58,085 nucleotides of DNA from assembly GCF_004010195.1 (NCBI RefSeq), contig NC_057719.1:91996372-92054456 (forward strand), written 5' to 3'. This document shows positions 26,541 through 37,949 of this stretch, one piece after another; the stretch's first letter is position 1, and each line of letters starts with the position of its first letter. The DNA is from Chiloscyllium plagiosum (taxonomy: Eukaryota). Under the pieces are notes generated by a model. That model worked only from the letters and a program-made list of their open reading frames with translations. It searched no databases and was not told where the DNA came from. A program made the translations under genes and the position numbers.

Positions 26541-26758
26541 CAGTCGGTTCTAATATAATGCCATAGTTCCTACTCATGCAATCTCGCATGAGAAGAAACT
26601 TGCACAACAACAGCGCCATTTAAACTAATGGGGCCAGAATCGCATTATAGCCAATATAGGTAAGGAAAGTTCATGTTCTACAAATAACGGTCTAAATTCT
26701 TCAACCACATTAAAGCCAATTCATGTTGAAGAAACACGTGGTATAGCAGAACTGACTG
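26541..26758. mobile_element. pogo/Tigger-type (Tc1/mariner superfamily) MITE, 218 bp
   Basis: TIRs cagtcggttctaatata and tatagcagaactgactg. TA on the left flank, tc on the right. Confidence 0.7.
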
Positions 26759-27492
26759 TCCAGGCAGCCACAGGCCCTCACCAATGGGTTACACACTGTG
26801 AGTACCACATTAGATGCAGTGATGAAATGTTAGTGCAACAGTGCAAACAGCAAGTGCAATTGAGTCATGAGAAGATGGAGATGAATGGACATATGATGGA
26901 AGTAAGGGTTTTGCTTCTCATCATGGCAACAGGCCGGAGAAGAGGGGGATGGTGGAAGGGTGCCTGGAAGGCTTAGTGCATCCAGCTAAAGATGCCCTGT
27001 GCTTGTAGAAAATCACAAGCTGGCAACATCAGTGGGGAACTGAACACCATTCACTGTCCTAAAAACACAATAACCAGAGCCTTTGAGAGATTAATGTCGA
27101 GCAAGCTGATCTTCTGCCTGCACATCTAGTGTCATGGGATTTATCTCCTGCTCGTCCACCTAAGGGACAACAGGTCCAAGAGAAGCTTGGTGCTGTTTCT
27201 GCTCATACTGTCCATCCAGGTGAAAGCACCACAAACAACACGCAGTGATGACCTGATCGACCACAGCTGGAGATCAGATGTACAAACATCCAAAGGCAGC
27301 TGTAAAGTCAGTGACTCAAGAATAAGCATTGAGCAAAAATCTTTCTCACAGGCAGGAAAACAGCTGATATGTTTTAGTACTTGAGGGAATTTTTGACAGT
27401 CACTGCTTCAGCCCCTTCAATCGTTGCTGTAATATCAGTCTTGCTTTCACTTGCAAGTTCCAGCATCCAGTAAACCCATGGAACAGCAATTA

Positions 27493-27853
27493 CAGGCAGA
27501 CAATCCTTTATCCAACATTCCGAAATCCAAAAAGCTCCAAAGTCCGAAGGCTTTTTTTTGTGAAGTTTTTTTCTCATTAACAAGGTTGATTGGCGTGCAA
27601 GCAGTGAACAAAGTCGACATCCACTCCACGCGTGTCACTCACATGCAACATGGCCGGTGGGGGGAGGGTGCATGGCCCAGCACTGGCAGGCCCCAATTCT
27701 CCCTCAAGGCCTGTTTTACTGAGTGAGTTTGCTCCTCCGGTAAGATTTTTTAAAACTTCACCATCAAACTGTCATTTATTCTGAAAGTCGAAAAATTCTG
27801 AATTCCGAAAACCAGCTGGTCCTGAGCATTTCAGATAAAGGATTGTGCACCTG
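27493..27853. mobile_element. pogo/Tigger-type MITE, about 361 bp
   Basis: TIRs caggcagacaatcctttatc and gataaaggattgtgcacctg. TA on the left flank. Confidence 0.75.
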
Positions 27854-29194
27854 GGGTTCAAAACACTGTTAAAAAAAAGATATCAAGGCACTGAAATGAA
27901 TTACCCTACCTCTCCCTGCATTGCAGTTACACATGGAAGTAGGTAGATTGAAGCTGCCTTCCAGAAGTGTTGTAAATTATAATGATTTTAACTCCACTCC
28001 TAATCCCACTTACTCTTGGAAGTTAAAAACTTCTGATAGCTAGAGACAGAGGGCCCATTTTAACTCCAAGGTGAATGAGGGTTTACAGCAAGTTAAAACG
28101 GTTACCTGGAGAGTCAGACGCAGAGATACTGTTGATAGACAACTTACATCAATGAAACAGTGGAAATAAGGCCCACCTAAATAATGCTCATCTAAATTCC
28201 ACGAGGACTCGGAGATAAAGTAGTCAATGTCCCATTCTATCCCATAAGTGTGATAACATACCATTGAATCCATCACATGGGCAGACAGAGACATGGGTAA
28301 TCAGATTGCAAATTAAAATAGAGATTGCAACATAGGAACGCACCAATGAGATGAGTACTAGTGCCTGACCAGAGAAGGATCCAAAATTATGCTAGATCAA
28401 ACAGCACTGTACATTGTTCACTAATATTACTTCAAATAGACAGTGGAATAAGAGCCAGAAATTTAACATCCCTCCTCTAATGGCATGGGAAAAGAGACTA
28501 TTGAAATCGACAGTCAATAGATGAAAGGCATAAAGAGACTTATTGTAATAATAAAAACTGAAATAACAACAGTTGCTGGAAATTAAAAACAAATTCAGAA
28601 ATTGCTGGAAAAGCTCAGCAAGTCTGGCAGCACCTGTGGAGAGAAACCAGAGTGATTCTTTCTCAGAACGGATGGTCGTGACTGGAATAACATTGGGGAA
28701 ATGAAATGGGGGGAATCAAGTAGTCATAAAATGAAAGCATTAGATAGCAATTCAAATGGGGCTTCAGTTCAAAGTAGGCATGAAGTGACTGGGTCGTTGT
28801 AAAGATGGTGCAGAGGAAGCTTTAGAGTACTATGATCCAATCCTGTTACTCAGTACCGATACAAACCCTTCCAATAGGTCATTAGATTATGATACTGTGG
28901 AGATTAGACACTTGTCCACAATTGGGAGGGAGTAAATGCAGCCTTATCTCTCCTAAATATGACTGGAATATGTTAAGTCAGGGGACGAGAAAAATGGGCA
29001 CCTAGCTGTAGGGTAAAAGGTAGCTATATGGAGTGCAGAAGAGAAGATCTCAGGTCAACAGTTTTCAAAGGTTTGTTTTAAATATTTAGATTCACAAATC
29101 AAAAATATAATGTTAAAATTTGCAGCAATGTCAGATATTAAATGAGTAGCTTGCATCAGCTTTTACTGTCGAGAAAGAAAAGGAGACTAGAGAA

Positions 29195-29407
29195 TGCAGA
29201 GAAATAAATGTTGATGTTTAAACCCTGGACCCCATGCGACTTCATCTTTTCCATCAGCCTACCATGGAGAACCTTATTGAATACCTTACTAATGTCGCAT
29301 CCATGGACATTAGTAAGGTATTCAATAAGGTTCTCCATGGTAGGCTGATGGAAAAGATGAAGTCGCGTGGGGTCCAGGGTTTAAACATCAACATTTATTT
29401 CTCTGCA
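29195..29407. repeat. Fold-back inverted repeat: 102-bp arms (29195-29296 and 29306-29407), 9-nt spacer
   Basis: Arms are reverse complements except for one T/C transition. Mostly CR1 RT sequence (SKVFNKVLHGRL). Confidence 0.93.
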
Positions 29408-29559
29408 CTACAGCCCTACAGCCCTTACCCCAATCAACTTTGTCACTTGCTCAAAGAATTCTATTAAGTTGGTAAGACATGACCTTCTTGAACAAAACCA
29501 TGTTGCCTATCACTGATATGCCCATTTTCTTCCGAATAGGAATAGATCCTATCCTTAGT

Positions 29560-30202
29560 AGGTTGTACCGGACATTGGTGAGGCCTCTCCTGGAGTACTG
29601 TGTCCAGTTGTGGTTGCCCAATTATAGGAAGGGCATTATTAAGATTAGATTAGATTAGATTCCCTGCAGTGTGGGAACAGGCCCTTTGGCCCAACCAGTC
29701 CACACCAACCCTCCGAAGAGTAACCCACCCAGACCCATTTACCCACCGTGCTGGAGAGTGTTGAGAAAAGATTTGCCAGAATATTATTGGAAGGTTTGAG
29801 TGAAAGAAAGGCTGGCTGGGTGGGACTTTTCTCACTGGAGTATAGGAGATTGACAGGCAAGCTTATAGAAGTTTACAAAATAATGAGGGGTATAGACAGA
29901 GTTAATGGGAGTTGTCCTTTCCCTGGGATGGGGATTTCAAGACTAGGGGGCATATTTTTAAAGTGAGCGGAGAGAGATTTAAACAAGGCATGAGGGGCAA
30001 ATTTGTTCACATGTGGAATGAACTTCCTGAGGAAGTGGTGGATGTGGGTACGATTACATTGTTTAAAAGACATTTGGATAAGTACATGAATAGGAAAGGG
30101 ATGGAGGAATACGGGCCAGGAGCAGTGGGATTAGTTTAGTTTGGGATTATGTTCAGACTGGTTGGATTGAAGGGTCTGTTTCCGTGCTGTGTGACTCTAT
30201 GA
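29560..30202 (+). mobile_element. CR1 3' fragment with an antisense HE1 3' fragment at about 29642-29750
   Basis: LVRPLLEYCVQLW and LIEVYKIMRGIDRV motifs. (gatta)n SINE tail. Confidence 0.85.
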
Positions 30203-30749
30203 GTACAATAAATTACAAAAAGAAAAGGACACATAATTGTCAAATACATTCCATCATAGGTAATTGTGAGACATTCTGTTAAGTTTCTCTGTTTTTGGGG
30301 GAGAAAATAATTTAAATAAGACAAAGGAAAAAAGGGATCTGGGGAAACAAATATACAAATCTCTAAAAGTAGCAACACATGTTAATAAGGCCATTTAAAA
30401 CAATACAACAAGGTTAGAGTTTATTTCTAGGGGAATAGAATTGAAGTGGGACTCTGCAAAACGTGGTTAGAATACATATCGAAGTACTGATTACAGTTCC
30501 AACTACCATGTCATGAAAAGAATGCAGAGGCACTTGAAAGGTTTTGCAAGGTTCATGCCAGACCATAAGGTTATACTCACTAAAGCTGTCTACTTTTATC
30601 TCCTTCCCAAGATTGATAAATATGATTGCCCCAGTCATCCCCACCTTTTCAGCCTGTTCTTGCCTCTCTGAGCATATTTCTTCCTATCTCAACTTCATCG
30701 ATTCTTCCCATGTACAGTCTCGTCCAACTTATATCCATAACTTTAAAAA

Positions 30750-31785
30750 ATACAACAAAAGAACTCTGGATGCTGGAAATCAGAAACGAAGACAGAAATT
30801 GCTCTGAAAACTCAGCATGTCAGGCAGCATCTGTGGAGAGAAAACAGAGTTAACATTTTGGGTCCAGTGACCCTTCATCCAGACCAGAATCATACCTTCT
30901 GAAGGGTCACCCTAACCAGCATCCTCTAACATGTTCATTCTATTTCTCTCACCTCAGCTTTCATCCTTTCCCAACCCCAAATATCTTCTCCTGTGTATAC
31001 CCCCATCTCAGGCCAGCAGACCTCGGTAACACACTTTCCCATGGAACCTTGATGTGCAAGCACAGGAAATGCAACACTTGCCCTTTCGTCTCCTTCCTGC
31101 CTACTGTCCAAGTTCCTATACTCTCCTTCCAAATGAAGCAGTAATGTACACCTTTGAATCTAGTATACTGCCGATTGCTCAAAATGTGTTCTTCTCTACT
31201 TTGACAAGATCAAACACAGACCTGGATGCAGACCACTGCATGATCTCAACTTTCCACTGCTTACCATTTTGATTCCCCAACTGTCTCCCAGCCTGACCTC
31301 TCTGTCCTCAGCCCATTAGTTTTCCAAAGAAGCCTAACACAAGCTCAAAGAGCAGCACCTCATTTCTTAACTTGACACTCTACAGCCTTCTGGGCTCAAC
31401 AACGAATTCAACTGCTTCTGACCACAACTTCTGCCTCCACCTAGTTCTGCACGTCTTTTCTTCCTTGTTTTGCAGGTTGGTCTTTGTTGTTTCTCTTTAT
31501 TCCTTCACATGTTATTAGATGGTTTTTAGGTAGCAAGTCATGCCTCATTTGGACAAAAGATTTGTTTCTTCATTATCTCCATTATCACTCTTTTTAACTG
31601 GCAAATCATGAAATCCTTTGTTATTTAATCTCTCCTGGTCTCTGCCTTATCACAAGCTTTTATTTCTGGTCTCCCTGCCCTCTTGTCCCCTTCCATGGAT
31701 TAAGAATTCTTTTATTTCTTCAATCCTGATGAGTGGTTGTGGACTGAAACATGAATTCAGTTTCTCTCCACAAAAGTTATTTACT
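30750..31785 (+). mobile_element. Older Penelope-like element: inverted pLTR (about 30750-30890), GIY-YIG remnant, 3' pLTR
   Basis: Similar to the 16943-17400 copy (gagcagcacctcattt...acactctacagccttctgggctcaac). ctgatga...gaaac at about 31726-31750. Confidence 0.6.
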
Positions 31786-32345
31786 TTGTTTAGTCGCCTG
31801 ATCTGGAGTTTGTAGGGAACTTCAACATAAAAATAGTCTGGCATTTCACTACTGTGGCGGGGGGGGGGGGGGTGGCATGACTGTTCAGGGGAAAGCAGCA
31901 GTAGTCAGGTTGGTGGCACTGTGACAGGCACAGCAGGAAAGGGTAAAGGTAACCAGGACCTTAGTGATAGGAACTCGATAGTTAAGGGATCAAACAGGAG
32001 ATTCTATGGCTGCAAATGGGAATCCAGAATGGTGTGTTACCGTGGCTGCCAGAAGTCATTATGCACGGTGGTACAAACGACATAGGTAGAAATAGGGATG
32101 AGGTTGTGCGGAGTGAGTATAGAGAGCTAGGAAAAAAGTTAAAAACCAGGACTCCGTTGGTAGTAATCTCTGGATAACTTCCACTGCCAAGTGCTATTGA
32201 GGGTAAGAATGGGAGGATTTTGCAGATGAGTGTGTGGCTAAAGAATTGGTGCAGGGGGCAGGGATTCAGACCTTTTCTGGGACAGAGGTGACCTGTTCAA
32301 GAGAGACAAGTTATAACTGAACTGGAGGGGGACCAATATCTTGGC

Positions 32346-33314
32346 CAAGATGGGACCATTCGCCACAGCAGATTTGCCGGCAACGATTAGCCATTGCCCT
32401 TTGACCACCGCGGATGCTTAGCCACTGGCCATTGGCCACTGAAGATAATTCGCCACCGCAAATACCGCAATATTGGATGAACCCCATCAAGTATTTTTGC
32501 TAAAATACAATATACCTGACAGAATAAAATAGGGGATATGTTGAACGTACCATCCACAAACCACCTCAATTCTGCTAAATGATATATCCAAGATTCCCTA
32601 CCAAATATGATTATACGATTACTTCCTTGACCATCCAATAGTGTACATACTTCTACCACATAAGCAGCGTTCAACATATGTATGCATGTTTGAAATGGTG
32701 AAGTCCTTGGTACCTAATCCCAGACCACAGTATATCCACTGTGACTTTGAGCAGGCAGCTATCATGGCTTTGAGAGAATGCTTTCCTGATGTTAAAATTA
32801 GGGGCTGTTTCTTCCATTTGGCACAAAATATGCACAGACATGTTGCTGTATTTGGAGCAACTCGTCAATACAACACCGATCCTGATTATGCTTTAAAAGC
32901 AAAAATGATAATTACTTTGGCTTTTATCTTTATAAATAAATAGCAAATAACTATCAAATGAACTGAAATTTCATTGTTTAATATTAATGTGAGATTTTTG
33001 CTGCCATTATAAAGATTTTTAAAATATATTTCTTTCTTCTGGTTAAAGTTTGCAACTCATTTTTATATCTCAACCAATAAAATGATATTTATTTTACCTC
33101 TTTTTTTATCACTATGTAGTATGTAGTTGTATAAATAAAGGGGACTGAGAAGTATGAACGAACAGGCGGGAGGGAAAACAATCAGTACATGTATATATTT
33201 CCGGTGGCAAATAGTCTCCAGAGGTCAAATGACCCCAGTGGAGAAACGCTGGTGGAGAGCAGGCAGTGGCTAATCATCGGCGGCGAATCTGCCGTGGTGA
33301 ATCGTCACCAACCC
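32346..33314. mobile_element. Internally deleted and inverted Mutator-like (MULE) DNA transposon
   Basis: Imperfect long TIRs (gaccattcgccacagcagatttgccgg and ggcggcgaatctgccgtggtgaatcgtc). Probable 9-bp TSD tatcttggc and tatttggc. Transposase motifs WFVDGTF, HCDFEQA and GCFFH. Confidence 0.87.
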
Positions 33315-33466
33315 TATTTGGCGGCTCGATTTGCTCATGCTATAAGGGAGGGTGTAAACTAGATTGGGAGGGGGAGTGAGAACCTCAAGAGCAGAGAGGC
33401 AATTACAAGGCTGGAAGGAGACAGAGTAATCAGAAATAGTAACATGAAGAGACAAGCTAGAACATG

Positions 33467-33702
33467 ATTAGATTAGATTAGATTACATTACAGTGTAGAA
33501 ACAGGCCCTTCGGCCCAACAAGTCCACACCGACCCGCCGAAGCGAAACCCACCCATACCCCTACAGTGGGAGGAAACCGGAGCAAACCCACGCAGACACG
33601 GGGAGAACGTGCAAACTCCACACAGTCAGTCGCCTGAGGGAATTGAACCCGGGTCTCAGGCGCTGTGAGGCAGCAGTGCTAACCACTGTGCCACCGTGCC
33701 AC
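33467..33702 (-). mobile_element. HE1-type SINE with internal deletion
   Basis: (gatta)n tail, V-domain and tRNA head. Confidence 0.88.
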
Positions 33703-36177
33703 CCACTTGATAGGGAGCAAGGAATGCCTGTTGGATTAAATTGTATCTATTTCAATGCAAGAGGGCTGACAGGTAAAGCCGATGAACTCAGGAAATGGAT
33801 AGACACATGGGACAGGGATATCATAGCCATTACAGAAACATGACTAAGGGAGGGACAGAACTGGCAGTTTAATGTACCAGGGTACAGGTGCTTTAGGTGG
33901 GAGAGAGGTGGTAGAAAGAACGAAGGGAGAGTTGCATTTTTGATTAAGGCGAGTATCACAGCAGTAGTCAGAGATGAAATAACTGAAGAATCATCCAGTG
34001 AGACTTTGTTGATGGAACTAAGAAATAAGGAGGAGATGGTGACATTATTGGGGTTGTACCATAGGCCCCCAAGTAGTCAACAGGAATTAGAGAAACAGAT
34101 ATGCAGGGAAACTGGGGAGACCTGCAGGAGCAATAGGGTTGTCGTAGTAGGGGATTTTAATTTTCCTAACGTAGACTGGGACTGCCAGAGTGTTAAGGGC
34201 TGAGATGGGGTGTAATTTATTAAGTGCATTCAGGAAATTTCCTCAAGCAATATACAGAGGGTCCTACTCGGGTAGGGGCAAAACTCAACTTACTCTTGAG
34301 AAATAGGGCAGGAGGTAACAGCGGGGGAGCACTTTGACACCGGTGATCATAGTTCTATTAATTTTAAAATAATTATGGAGCGGGACAAAACTGGTCCACA
34401 GGTTCACGTTCTAAACTGGGGCAAGGTGAACTTTGATGGAATTAGGCAGGAGCTTGCCTAAGTTGATTGAGGCAAAGAGACCTCCGGCAAGTGGGAGGCC
34501 TTGAAAACTGAGATAGCTAGAGTTCAAGGTCTATATGTTCCTGTGAGGGTGAAAGGCAAGGTTGACAGCAATAGGAAACCCTGGATGATAAGAGATATTG
34601 AGGCTTTGACCAGAAAAAAGGAGGTATGGCTCAAGTACCGGCAGCTGGGGTCAAAGTAATCTCTTGAGGTATACAGGAATTCAAGAGTTTACTGAAGGAG
34701 GAAATCAGGATGATGAAAAGGGGGCACGAGATAGCCTTGGCTGAGAAGATTAGGGTGAATCCAAAGAGGTTCTTTAAGTATGTTAAAGGTAAAATAATAA
34801 CCAGAGAGAGAATAGGACCCCTCAAGGACCAAAGTGGACGTGTATGTTTAGAACCACAGGAGAAGGGTGAAGTTCTCAATGAATATTTCTCCTCTATGTT
34901 TACCACGGAGAAACACATGAAGACTTGGGAACTTCGGAGAGTTAGTGGTCATATCTCGGAAACAGTCCATATCACAGTTGAAGTAGTGTTGAATGTATGA
35001 CGGTGGAGAACTCTCCTGGTCCTGACCAGATTTATCCAAGACCACTGCAAGAGGCTAGAGAAGAATTTGCGGGGGCACTGGCTGATATATTTGCATCATT
35101 GTTAGCCACAGGTGAGATCCTGGAAGGCTGGAGGGTAGCAAATGCTGTGCTGTCATTCAAGAAGGGCTGCAAAGAAAAACCTGGGAACTATAAACTAGTA
35201 AGTTTAACATCTGTGGTGGGTAGGTTACCTGAGAAGACTCTGAGAGGAAAGATATACATGCATTTGGAAAGACAGGGTTTGATTACAAATAATCAGCATG
35301 GCTTTGCACATGGAAGTTCTTTGATGAAGTGACCAAGAAGGTAGACGAGGGAAAGGTGGTTGACATACTCTATATGGATTTCAATAAGGCCTTTGATAAG
35401 GTTCCATGTGATAGGCTGCTCTGAAAGGTTATAAAGCATGGAATCCAGAGAGAGCTGACAAATTGGATACAAAATTGTCTTGATGGTAGGAAACAGAGAG
35501 TAATAGTGGAAGGATGCTTGTCAGACTGGAGGCCTGTGACTACAGGAGTGTCTCAGGGGTTGGTGCTGAGCCCATTACTGTTTGTTATCTATATCAATGA
35601 TTTGGATGACAATGTACGAGGCCTGATTAGTAAATGTGCAGATGACACTAAAATAGGAGGTATCATGGACAGTGAAGAATGTTATCAGAAATTGGAACAG
35701 GACCTTGATCAGCTGGGGAAGTCGGCCAAGAAATGGCAAATGGAGGTTAATATAGATAAGTGTGAGTCTTGCATTTTGGAAAATGAAATCAAGATAGAAC
35801 ACAGGTAGACAGGGCAGTGAAGAAGGCTTTTGGCACACTGGCCTTCATCAGTCAGGGCATTGAGTATAGAAGTTGGGAAGTTATGTTGCAGCTGTACAGA
35901 ATGTTGATGAGACCACACTTGGAGTATTGTGTTCAGTTTTGGTCACTTTGTTGTGGGATGGATGTTACTAAACTGGAAAGAGTGCAGAAGAAATGTACAA
36001 AGATGTTGTCAGGGCTCAAGAGACTGATGTATAGGGAGAGGTTGGACAAACTAGGACTTTTCTTTATTTACGGCGTAGGAGATGAGGGAGGATCTTATCT
36101 AGGTATAGTCAATCATGAGAGATATGGATAGGGTGGATGCACCCAGTCATTTTCCCACTGTTGGGGAATCAAGAACA

Positions 36178-36793
36178 GAGTCATACAGATGTACAGCATG
36201 GAAACAGACCCTTCGGTCCAACCTGTCCAGATATCCTAACCTAATCTGGTCCCATTTGCCAGCACTTAGTCCGTAGCCCTCTAAACTTTTCCTATTCGTT
36301 TACCCATCCAGATGCCTTTTAAATGCTGTAATTTACCAGCCTCCACCACTCCCTCTGGCAGCTCATTCCACACCCTCTGCATGAAACGTTGGCCCGGGTC
36401 CTTTTAAATTTTTCTCCCCTCACCCTAAACCTATGCCCTCTAGTTCTGGACTGACTCACCCCTGGGAAAAGACCTTATCTATTTACCCTATCCATGCACC
36501 TCATGATTTTATAAACCTCTATAAGGTCACCCCTCAGCCTCCGATGCTCCAGGGAAAACAGTCCCAGCCTATTGAGCCTCTCCCTATAGCTCAAATTCTC
36601 CAACCCTGGCAACATCCTTGTAAATCTTTTCTGAACCTTTTCAAGTTTCACAATATCCTTCCGATAGGAAGGAGACCAGAATTGCACACAATATTCCAAC
36701 AGTGGCCTAACCAATGTTCTGTACAACTGCAACATGACCTTCGAACTCAAGAGGATACTCAATACTCTGACCAGTAAAGGAATGCATACCAAA
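36178..36793 (-). mobile_element. CR1 3' fragment, tail-to-tail with the preceding CR1
   Basis: ORF 36475..36792 LVRPLLEYCVQFWSPSYRKD. Confidence 0.9.
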
Positions 36794-36879
36794 TTGATAT
36801 GAAAGTTAACTCTGTTTCTCTCTCCACAGATAGCTGACAGATCTACTCAGTTCCTCCAACATGTGATCCTATTCTCACC

Positions 36880-37220
36880 TTAGTCAGAAGTTGTGGTTTC
36901 AAGTAGCACTTGAGCACACTGAGTGTTGAGAGAGCGCGATACTATTGGAGCTGCTACCCTTTGAATGAGATAAGGCTCCAGATACCATTGTAAATTCATG
37001 TAAAAGTCCCCTTTGCAGTATTCAAAGAACTGCAGGGCAATTGTTCTGGTGCCTCAGCCAATATTTAATCCTCAACTAACATCACAAAAACAGATTACCT
37101 AGTATTATTAGATTGCTGTTGGCTCAAGTTGTCTGCCATATTTCGTATATTTCTATGGTGACTATATTCAAGATCACCTCATTTACCAGAGGTTAAGAAG
37201 GGTGTTGTGCAAATGAAGGT
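36880..37220 (+). mobile_element. Deu-domain SINE (SacSINE1/AmnSINE1-like)
   Basis: gccaatatttaatcctcaactaacatcacaaaaacagattacct resembles the Deu-SINE body as I recall it. Confidence 0.65.
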
Positions 37221-37527
37221 TCTCCCTTCCTTGTAAGATTTCCCAGTGTTCATTCTACCTTGGTGCTTCTTAGACAAGAAGCAAGATTGTAAATTCTCAC
37301 TGACTCAATGCTTCACACTTTTAAAAGTCTCAAACACCTACAGCACACAGGGTTGCCATTTTGACTCAATGAACCTGTGATAACCCTTTGAACAAACTGG
37401 TCAATTAATCCCACTCCTCTCACATACCCATTGTAGGCAGGATTGAAAGTCATAATCCTAATGCTGTTCAGCAAATGATCACTAGATGGCATGAGAGCAG
37501 CTCAGACTGCTTGCAGTCATTTCAAAG

Positions 37528-37786
37528 CCATAACTTGGAGATGCCGGTGTTGGACTGGGGTGCACAATCACCTGATGAAGGAGCGGTGCTCTGAAAGCTA
37601 GTGCTTCCAAATAAACCTGTTGGACTATAACCTGGTGTTGTGTGATTTTTGGCTTTAATGATGTGGAGGAGCCGGTGTTGGACTGGGGTGAACAAAGTTA
37701 AAAATCACACAACACCAGGTTATAGTCCAGCAGGCTTATTTGGAAGCACTAGCTTTCATGGCACAGCTCCTTCATCAGGTAGCCGT
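37528..37786. mobile_element. Palindromic Penelope-end insert with a 12-bp TSD
   Basis: gtcatttcaaag at 37516-37527 and 37787-37798. Inverted arms 37570-37650 and 37700-37780. Confidence 0.85.
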
Positions 37787-37949
37787 GTCATTTCAAAGAT
37801 ACAGGAATAGAATGCATTCTGTTCTGGCATTTAGTAAGCTCACAGTGATCCGCACCTACTTTACTTAAACTAGCCTTACATCCTTTCATTCCATTTGGAG
37901 ATTTCCATTCACTGATCTCAGATTTAAAATTAACAATTGATCTGGCATC

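Larger units (their letters stand above)
31880..36178 (+). mobile_element. Long CR1 (ORF1 SGNH/esterase remnant plus ORF2 APE-RT), interrupted by a MULE and an HE1 SINE
   Basis: GTNDIG...VVISG in ORF1. CIYFNARGL, AITET, GDFNFPNVDW, KRFFKYV, NYKLVSLTSVVG, ADDTK and RPHLEYCVQFWS in ORF2. Confidence 0.9.

Noticed and set aside
28700..28900. LEYYDP...STDT resembling a Gypsy RT-RNase H linker
   Set aside because: Too short and degenerate to call without an HMM search.
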